In this document: positions 39,201 through 49,700 of the stretch, piece after piece
Position numbering within the stretch: position 1 is the stretch's first letter
Layout: each line of letters opens with the position of its first letter
Source: Balanoglossus misakiensis
Taxonomy: Eukaryota > Animalia > Hemichordata
NCBI GenBank assembly: GCA_040954595.2
Contig: CM082585.2
Location: 9,288,564 to 9,352,563 of the forward strand
DNA length: 64,000 nt
Reading direction: 5' to 3'
The notes under the pieces: model-generated
What the model was told of the DNA's origin: nothing
The model's input: only the letters and a program-made list of their open reading frames with translations
Databases searched by the model: none
Translations under genes and position numbers: made by a program

Positions 39201-42200
39201 TTCACTGTGACCGTGTCGCGACCGAAGTCACGTGTGTAAACACCTGACGACGCTGTGCATGCAATGCGCATGGCAACTCTCAACCAATAGAAATCTCTAT
39301 ATACGTGTACATCTGACAGGGGAGCAGTGCGTGCTTCGTGATTGGTCTACATATAAATATGTCATAGGATGTAATGCTCCATCATACAAGACGTAAAAGA
39401 ACACAATAACAAAGATTATAAAACTGGTATGTTTCCAGACAAAACACGTTTTGGCTGTTCCGATATACATGTATTGTAAAAATGAAGGAAGGATAGTCAA
39501 ACTTTGCAGTTTTGAAGAGGGCGCTGTCTACCTACCTAATCCACACATTCGCACGTCCATTCATGGCACGTGACTCCAAGGCAGCCCCGAGGGACAGTAA
39601 TTGACGACTGGTAGCAAACAGTAGCTGTGAATTTGTCACGATCTTATATTCCAGTTGAACGCATTTGCGAGGAGGGGGTTGCTGCCTACTTTCACTTGAT
39701 TCAATCACCAGTAATTGATTTATTAAACTTACTTGAGGTAACAAAAGTCGCTTTGACGTACTTCACTTTGACGTCGATGGCTGTAGGAGTACGGGTGTAG
39801 TGTACGAAAATGTCATTTTGGCATTTTGTGTAGACATACCTGTTTTTACCGAGCTCGAGGCTGGCCATTCATCCGGTTTCGGGTCAGTTAGGCCTAAATG
39901 ATCGGCTACGTACCTGTGCTGTTTAGTTGCACTGCACTTAAGCACATCACAAGTGACATCCGGGCATTATCGTTTAGGACACCTGTTGCCAAGAATACTT
40001 AAAAGGGGTGTTTTCATATAGACACACTATACTTTCACCACAGTATGGACAAGGAAGACGCTCCGGGCCCCAGGAAAGTCGTGACGGCGCCTTTCTGGGA
40101 CGCCCAGGGCCCCACGCCTCACCTGCCGGCGGGGAGACTTAACACGGTCCTGTCGTCACTCTACGACGGGTCTCTGGGCGACCGCCACAGCGAAGCCGCA
40201 GCGCCGGACACGGCGGATCTCACGGACGCCGATCGCCTGCTGAGGATCGGTGAGGGTTACCGTTTAGCGGGACCATGGCAAGGCCGAATCTAGATAAGGA
40301 AGCAGTGATTGAAGACAGTAGATATCGCAGAACAGTTGATGTTTGGGTCATTAATATCTATGGTATTATTGTACCTGTCGTGAATTATAGGATCTTTGCC
40401 AGGTCTTGATCAATACACATACATACAGTATCCATACCCCGATATATTTTTCAGATGTCCATGATTAGAGATACAGTTACTTTTCTTATATTTTTTCTCC
40501 AGAATTTAAGGAAGCGTTTTCCTGGTTCGACAAAGATGGCGATGGTCACATCACAGTGGACGAGTTAGGTTTCGTGGTCAACGCTCTTGGAATGGGAGCC
40601 TCGGCCCAGGAGTTGCAAGACATGATGGACGCCGTGGATGAGGACGGTAATAAGATTTATGTAACGGGCAACCGTAGAGTCTAACAAGATGCATTGGCCA
40701 GAAGGTTGTGGCATATTAACAAATCAAAGGGCTTGTTCTTCTCACTAATGGCCTTTATTAACCTCTTGTGCGAAATGTTCTATTTTTTTTGGCGATGCAA
40801 TCTCAAATCTGGTAAAACTTAGCTGACTAACCAAACCAGCGTTCAATCGTGGGTTCTTCTTTTCTGTCCGAACTGAAAAAATACAATTTAACGCCTTCGT
40901 CGTTTCCAATGGCTTGTACATTAACAAGCATAGTAAGTTTCCTGGACTCTTACCACAGTGTCGCTTGTAAACTTTGAATGCAAAGATGACAGCCTCAACA
41001 ACTGTTTGAATACTTGCTTCACGAAAGTCACGAAGATTTGTTTGAACAACCCCAGGCGCTTGGCATCTAACATGTTTTGTCTACAATGAAGGCTCGCTGT
41101 GATATACGTTTGTAAGAATTAAATGTGAATACAACAATTTCACTAAATTATACTGAAAAGGAAAGTGAAGTTTCAGTGTGACGTGTGTCGTGAAAACTAT
41201 AAATGTCAGGATCACGTTTCTACTACCACTTTGAATTGTGTAAGTGTAAAGGCAACTAATAACGTGGACAATGGCGGTGTTGTTCTGATGCAGCATTTAA
41301 CATCACAACAGTCAACAGCACATTACTCCAGAGTATTTGCATTCTTGACAAAAATGCGATGTTGGCAAACCGAGTCTTCAACTTCTACCGACCTCTTGCA
41401 TGTTCGTTGATAAACACAGACGTGAATTTATCAACTTCAGATGAAAGCGTGGTGTGTTTGTCTACAGTCACTGGTTGGCTGACGTTGATCGCATTGTCAA
41501 CATCTGAAACTGCTTTAAATGTTCCTCACGTATATTTAATTATTCGTGTCACGGTGTACATGCACCGGGTTTCGTAGTCTCTGGTTCAGGAAGCTAGTGT
41601 TGAAGAACGTGTATCCACCAACTCACCAACTTTTAAAGTTTGCCAGTATTCCAACTTGTAAAATTTTGCACCAATACCTTTTGCCAAGGTAACTAACCGT
41701 CCAGTCTTCTTCTATCCACACAATAAATACCACTCCTATCTATTGCACAGCACTAGCACCGCGTTCGCGCGGCTACGAGTTTGGAACACCTTTACGAGGT
41801 AAGGCACTCACCATTTCGCTTCGATTCTTCGTAATACACTGTCACGACTGAATCATGCACAGTTTAATAAAATATCTCCTTACAATATTAATGATACCTC
41901 TGTAATGCAAAAGTACACAGTATATATGTATGTATGTGGGTGGTGTACACTTTTCACAAAGCAGTTGATTTCAGTAACATGCAAAGTCACGCTATAAACA
42001 CTGATGTCTAGATGAAATGTTGACATGGTTGAATTTGAGCTCCCTGTGCAAATGATGCTTACACTTTGGTATTTTCACATCAAGGCAACGGAACCATCGA
42101 CTTCCCAGAATTCCTCACGGTGATGGCGAAGAAACTGAAAGAGGGTGACGAGGACGAACTCATGGAAGCTTTCCGCGTTTTCGACAAAGATGGCGGCGGC

Positions 42201-42464
42201 ACAATCTCTTACGCCGAACTTCGTGGCGTCATTCGGAACTTGGGAGAGGATTTGACGGACGGCGAGATAGATCAGATGGTCAGGGCCGCCGACGCGAATG
42301 GTGACGGGGAGATAGATTTTGAGGGTGGGTGTTTCTGAAGTTTTAAAAGTCCAAGATTGTCGTTTTTACCCCTGAAATATTGCGTCATGGTGCACTGATT
42401 ATTTTCTTTTCTTTCTGTAGAGTTCAAAGCTATGGTAATGCCCAAAATATACGGAGAATTATAA
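36289..42464 (+). CDS. Calmodulin-like protein CaML7, short-N-terminus isoform
   Basis: ATG-only exon 36289-36291 (context TCACAAAAATG|GTAAGT, homologous to CaML5), then 38697-38730 ([11 protein letters not shown]), 40503-40646, 42085-42324 (AAG acceptor), 42421-42464. Loops [48 protein letters not shown]. Ends [14 protein letters not shown]. Confidence 0.88.
40045..40249 (+). CDS. Alternative long first coding exon of CaML7
   Basis: [42 protein letters not shown]...[11 protein letters not shown] followed by G|GTGAGG; 68 codons plus 1 nt, in phase with exon 40503. Clearly homologous to the CaML6 first exon. Confidence 0.75.
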
Positions 42465-43720
42465 AGACAATCGCTGATGACGTCAAGAATCGGGCCGAGC
42501 AACGATTTTAAAGTGTGAAGCTCACTTACTTGAAGTCCAAAGCACCTGCGTCACACCGGATACAATCTGCGCACGCGTACCTTCTTCGTCACCCAATCCT
42601 ATTCCGATCCACAGTACTATGTCAAGATTTTTTATCGCGCGGTTTTGGAGTAAGAGGGAAAGAGAGAGAGAGAGAGAGTGTGTGTGTATGTGTGTCTGCT
42701 AGCTGCAATCGTACGTGTACATAGTGACACTTTCAAATGTAAATACTTTATCTCAGAGTTGCATTTTTCCCACAAGTTCTTGCACATTCCTTTTGTTCTT
42801 TACGTGAAAACCGTTGTCAGATATATTCGCCACTTATTGCAAGATGCCGTATCAAACATAGAAAATGTACAATATTGCAGTTTATAGTCAGAAAAACAAA
42901 CGTTGGTTGGTATTTGACCACTAGTGGCGCTGTTCAAACACGTACAAATGTGTATGATTGTTGCAGCTATCAGTAGTCAGAAAGACACTAGATTTTTAGT
43001 TTTTGCCCACCGGCGACACTGTTCAGACAGTTCAGGTTTGGGTGTGTAACAGGTTCCAGAGGGGAAGTAGTCTGCAGCACAGAATCAAAGATGTATTCAT
43101 ATTTCTCAGCACGTGCATGGTAAACATATTTATTAAAACTCACAGCAAGCTATATATTTTCTGACAACTTTAAGAGACATTTTGGAATAAAGTTGTTTTT
43201 ACAATCACTGTCCAACGAGCATGTTTTTAAAATTGACACATGCTGCACGACTTTACTGTTTTTATCAAATATTTTTTTATTTCTCACTGTTGAATTTTGT
43301 ACAGAGACAAAGGATACATTACGTGAAAAATTGGTGAGTTGTCATGATTTAAAAATAAAGCACAACGCTGCTTTCATTGTTGGTTGCTTCAAAGTATTTT
43401 TCAACTTGGACATACAGACAAATATACTAATGTGCCTTCCTTTCCATAAGGAATGTTTACCTTTTTTTCTCTTTATTTGTACTTGGGACAAAAATTCTGA
43501 AATGCTTTCTATCATGATAGATTCTGATCTCCTTTCAGCCGAAACAGTGACTGGGATGCTCAGTAACAAGATTTTAAAGACATGATTCTGAGCACTGACT
43601 ACATGATTACATGTACAAAATGGAGGTACTCTCTATAAGTTACAATGGCTAGTTGTCTCAACATGGAGAAGAAAATAAAATATTTCAGCGTTTCTTCTAA
43701 GAAAAATATGCCCACCTCTG

Positions 43721-46700
43721 CTATAGCTCTGTATGTTTATCTGTGAAGAGAAGAAAATGGAAGAACTTGAAAATTTCCATCAAATTTGGAAAAAATAATC
43801 TAACTAAAAACAGAGATGGATTGTCAAAGCAGCAGTATTCTGATTTATGTGAAATCAGGCATGGACATAAACTAAAGAAGTGACAGAAAACTCACCTGTT
43901 TTTTTACTATCAGATGGTACTTTTCTTTTACTATTTTCTATTTTATCTTGTAATGCTTTTATTTCGTTGTCGTATCCCGCCCACTCGGGTAAAATTCTCA
44001 TGGCCGCTGTCAACTTGGGTTCTTTAGTGAGTGGATTATTACACTGCAAGGATAAAAAAATACAGACGTTGCTTTTTAATTTTTCTTTATCAAAAACAAT
44101 CTGAAGCAGCAGATACTTTGATGGTTTGTGTTCAGCAGGTGTATTCTATAATATGCAGATGCGAGAAAAATATTCGTACCAAGTCGATGGTTTTTGCCAC
44201 AGGTTTCTCTTCGTCACTACACCAAGTCTCACACCACAGCCATTCCTGGGGCAAAGATTTTATTGCTACCTGGTGGATCATGTTATTCGGCAAGTCCTAC
44301 AGAGTAAAAACAAAAACAACGAAAGGTCAATATATGCCTGCTGCTTGTAAAATATACCTGAGCATCTTAAATTTTTTTTAAAGTTCTCTAGAACCTTTGG
44401 TCGCAAAACGTGAATATACAAAGATAGAGTTCATCGTCATACCTGATCTAAGTTGGATAAACTGTTGGGATCTTGGCTGAGTCCCTGGTACTGGCCACGT
44501 AATCTGTCACCAGCTGCGATTCTGCGGAATTTCTTCAAGTCAACGACATACAATGCACTGGGAAGACGAGACAAATTGACAAGAAATTAAGATTAGGGGA
44601 AGGGGTCAGGGCTATTTACATGTAGTGGTGAGACAATGCTCTTAATTACACATTAGCGGCACACGTTTATCATGTACATGTACAGTGTGTGCGGATGTGT
44701 GTGTGTATAGTATGTGTGTGTACACATGTGAATGTGTCTGCATGTGAATGTGTGTGCGTGTAAATATGTATATGTGTGTGCGAATGTGTGAGAAGAAAGC
44801 CACAGACTTTGGCAACATATGTACAACAATGATGATTGAATGACACATCTCTACCTAATGACAGAAAAACCCCACACTACACACACCTGATGTGATATCT
44901 CCTGCCGGCAAGATGACTGGCCCAGTAACCGGACTTCCAGAATCGGAATCCGTCCATCTCCTTCCGACTGTCACAGAACGGCGTGTAGCCGTAAGGAGCC
45001 CCTCCCAGGTCCAGATCTGCCAACTCCTGCAGGTCGGCCCTCACCATCTGAAAAGTGATGTCAGTACTCAGTAGTATCATATCGACAATACAAACTGTGG
45101 AAATTATAATGATTATATAGGAAATCCCTTGTATGTTTGATGATATCCATAATGAAATACAGTAAAACCTGTAACTGACCTGATCTGCATCTACAAAAAT
45201 AATCTTCTGAACATCAAGTGGAAACAGCACGTCTAGGAAAAGTATTTTATATCTGAAAAGTGATAAACAGAATCAATGTTAAATACAGAACTGCCTATAT
45301 AAAATTTTGTGCATTTGTCATGGTTCAACACTATTTCAGTAGCACGGTATGTAGTACTGTGTGCTTTTGGTCATTTATATTTATACTGACCCCCAAATGA
45401 TCCTTTGTTTTTCTGTCTGTTGGTGAAGCCATCTCGGCCACTTGTACTGTACCAGTTCATATTCAAATCCATACTCTTCAGCCATGTGTGGAATGAATTC
45501 CTGTGAATCGATTAAAAAAACAAGAATTGTTCATTTTCTGTGTACCTCAATGACTGCATACATGTTCTAGATTCTGTGTGACTTAAGTGCAACAACCTTC
45601 ATATCCCCACAAGGTCAAGATCATATGACAATCACCCTGAGTGAGATTTACCTTAAATGTTGGCGACAGGTAATTTTTCAGGAACCAAAACTTCACAGGT
45701 GACCTTGTCTGTTGCAGCACACTCAGCATCATAATCCTACATTCATGAAAGTTTTAAAAAAAAGCAAGTAATTATCCAAAATATGCTTTTTTCACAGAGG
45801 TTTTATATCCGCAACAAAATACTTGAAAGCCTAATTTAAGACCTCAATGTACCCACTACTTCATTTCATTTTACGTACAAAAACAAAAAAGTTGATCTGA
45901 AATTTTACCTGAGGAATCGTTCATAAAGATGTCCAGATGCCAGCGAGAAGATGTTGAGTGTCTTGTCCTTCTCCTCGTCTCCGTTCTTCGTCTTCTTTTT
46001 GCCTTTTCCTCCCCCTCCTCCCGTCAAACTGGAAAATGAACTTTGTTGAGGAATGCACACCAGGCACGCACCACATTGACAGCAGCATGCAAAGTAATGG
46101 CGGTAAGAAAGCAGACAGCAGAAAATTGAGACAGACAGACAGACACACAGACAGAGAGAGATAGTGGACAGATAGTCAGAAACAGGGTGAGAGAAGGTAA
46201 GAGTGAGAGAGAAAAAGACAAAACACAGAGACAAAGAGAACACAGAATGATAAGTCCTTTTCTCAATGATTTGCCAACACAGCCACATTGATTTCGACTG
46301 GTCTATCTCAATGCAGTGCACTGCCTTCACCAGATGTACCAACATAACATGCAAATCCCCACAATGTACTGCGATACGATGCTACCACCTTCATGGTTGA
46401 TCAACAGTGGCAATGCAGTTCCCTCCGTAACACTGTTCAAATGCACTACAGGAATGGCATAACGCAATCTCATGCAGGCCACTTTTTACAACCCACAAAA
46501 ATCTCTCGGCCAAGGGCCTTTCAAAGCATATTCCACACAATGTCATTACATTTCTATCAAAATCTACTGGTTGGAGAACCTTCTTAAAATGCCACAGACA
46601 CTATGTAAGGTTTTTGCTCTCTACCAAGAAAAAGTATAACAATGTACCTTGATATGGAGTCCCAGAGCCCGCCATCTTTTTCTTCAGGTTCATCGCTCAA

Positions 46701-49700
46701 GAGATCTTCATCAAGCTTGTCTGGTTTCTTCTGCACCTGTAGCGCAGATCATGATTAAAAGAATATGAAACTGAACTTCCCACAGTCAAGGAAACGGATG
46801 TGTCTTTCATGTTGACAACAATGCACTTACCTTCAGACGAAGAATTTTACTCTTGAAGCTGTCCATGACAGCGATGACATCATCAGAACCTTCTGGAGTG
46901 TCAGTCCCAACATGGCTGATTAGAGAAAGAAAAAAGCATGAATTTAAGATTTTATTTCTACCTCGTATCTGGCTTGTGTTCTTATTTCCAGAGATTATCA
47001 AAAACTGTTTTGGCATCACACATGAAATTTCACCTACCTTGCAATTTCAAAAATGTCAGCTGATCTTCCCCGCCTGAGCCTCAGTAACCAGGCGCCCGGG
47101 TTGGCTTTCAGCTGGAAGTATCCCTGTGATGGTGAAGATCAGTGTAAAACTTGTAAGAATTTGCAGGCAGAAGTAGTTCCAAGGGCCACTTGTACAGTAT
47201 AGCCAATGAGGAACTGTGTTTCTAAATACTATCGGTGGTACGTTAATAATCTGAACAAGGGTTTTTGTGAGAGATAAATTAACTTAATTGAAGACAAAGA
47301 TGAACTTATCATGAATTCTCACCAAGTTTGCCATGACGATGGTGTCCACCTTCACTGCTTGGTTTTTGGTGCCCAGAGTGAACTGTAAACCCCTCGGTGG
47401 TTGACCTGAGGTCAGGTCAATGCAGTGACCTTCCAACAGGAGATACTCAAGTTCAAAGTGACCGTACACGTAACTCTCCACCTGTGGAGAGATGGTTCAA
47501 TTTTATTGAGACAAGACTGAAGACAGACAAAAGATGCATTATGTCTGAAAATGATATGTACACAAACAATCGTCAGAATATTGCAAAGAACAATGCATAC
47601 ACAAAATGTACCTCTAACATTCTGATGTTGTCCAAATCATAAGGTGATCGCACAGCTTCCACCAACCAGCCTTCTGGTGTTATCATGTTGAGTGTGAACA
47701 GAGGATCTTCTGGGATGTTGGTGAACTTGGCAATGGGCCCTGCTGTGAAGCTGTGAAAACACAAAATAAATTCAAGGTCATTCCAAGATCAAGGAAACAG
47801 AATTCACTGGTTGACAAGGGACAGCATTGAAAAGCATGACAACTGGGTGTGTATGACAATCATGGTCAAAGTCAGAAACTTGCTCCATACAAATAAATGA
47901 CTACTTTTCCAAGAACTTCACATTCATTGGTAACCAGGGTGACCTAGAAAATACATACCTTCCATCGGGTCTGAATCCAACTTCAGGTTCCAAGACATAT
48001 CGGTAGAAGCTGAAAAGATTAAAAGTGCATCGCATCAGTCATCATACACAGAACTATTCTTTACAAGTACAGGGTTGGACACACTATATTACTCTGCACT
48101 CACACACACACACGCACAGTCTAATCTCGACCCCACACATTACCTCCTTGCCAAGAAATCTCACCTTTTCAGAGGCATCTCTGACAACTTTTCCCGGCAG
48201 TTCATGAACAGTCTCAGTCGGATGTTCACAATATCAAGCAGCGACATCAACAGAGCCGTCCACTTCTGGGCGTCTCTGCTCAGCGGATCCAAGATGGCCA
48301 CGATGTCAAAGGCCACGGCCGTCTCATTCTCCGGTTCAATTTTCAGTACACTGGAAAGTAACAATTATTATTAATGCTCAAGATATCACAGTACAGTCGA
48401 ACCTGTGTTAGTGGCCACCTCTATATATTTGTTATGCCCCTGTGCAAAGATATATCTTCGACCCGTCCATCCATCTATCTGAATAGTCGTCAATGCATAC
48501 ACACACATACATACATACATGACTGACTATGTCTGCCTTACCTGTGCTCTGAGGCTCTGAAGTCAAATTCTCTCCTGCCTTCCGTCCGTGGCGACGCCGT
48601 TAGCAACGCATCTATTTTCATCACCAAGTCACTCTGTGAATCTTCTTCCTCACCTTTGACCTTCAGCTGAACTATCTGTGAAATTGAAGACACAATGAGT
48701 TTCTCAGGGTTTTTGCAGAATGTCTTACAACATTTTCGTATACTTCATTAGATTATTCTCTGAGAACCATGACATATGATACTTACCTTTTTCTGAATAC
48801 TGTCTGCCGCAACACTGGTCAGGAATTTTTCCACAAGGTTGAAGTCTTCCAATAGAAAACTCTCCTCGTTTTTGAGAGGTCCAAACAGCTGCAATATTAA
48901 GAGAAATTATGCAAACAATGATGACAAGGTACATATAAATGAAGAAAAATCTCACGAAGCTTCAAGAGTTTTCCCGCTCAAATCTAGAAATGTTCATTTA
49001 TCACAAAACACTCTCAGACTTACCTTTCCATTGCTAACAACAGCTCTCTCTCCCGGTGCCACATTAAGTACGTACTGGCAGAAATACTGGTGTGACTTCA
49101 TAAATTGTGATGATTTCTGGAATTCCTCATTAAAGGCACTCATGTCCATGCCCTGGAAAATATATGAATATGAAAATGTAGGTCATAGGTCACAATACCT
49201 GTATTAAGCTCCAGAAGTCATAAATCAAAGGTCATTAGTATCTAGTTGCTCTACTTACATGAACTGCCAAGTCTTCTATTTTCTTAGAGCCGCTGGAAAC
49301 TGCAGCAACACTCTCAGGCTTGAGAAGTTTCACGATGAAATTCTTGGCCAGATTTTTGGCTTGTGTCTGGACAGCCACGCTGACTGCCCTGGCTAGTCTG
49401 TGGGAGTCTGCTGTGGGTTCTGTTCTGGGGTTGTGTAGTATACCCAACCTGACTTTGTTAGAAGATTTCTATTTGAAGTAAAGAAAGAAGAATTAAAGCC
49501 GAGAGTCAAACAATCACGATTCACATCAGATGCAACTATTGCTCTACTTTAGGTTGTCTGTCCTCTGACCCCTGACCTTTGACACCTACCATCTGTTTCA
49601 TGGCTTCCTGGAACAGAAGCCTTCCCTTGGCGTCTTCCAAGTCGGTGACAACCCAGTTGGTGACAGGTCTGACACTGTAGGTATCTGGCAAGGACAAGAG

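Noticed and set aside
40647-42084. Long CaML7 intron containing CACAGTG (about 40954), considered as an RSS/Transib end or TE coding remnant
   Set aside because: No nonamer or matching inverted end, and the frames I translated contain stops without recognisable motifs.
12764-42464. Idea that the EF-hand array encodes Ca2+-triggered photoproteins, or canonical calmodulin
   Set aside because: The proteins are calmodulin-sized four-EF cores without aequorin-like features, and none matches the near-invariant CaM sequence.
34836-42933. CTCF-like motifs (GCCACAGGTGGCG about 34837, CCACTAGTGGCGC about 42919) as array boundaries
   Set aside because: Only partial matches to the consensus; not supportable by eye.
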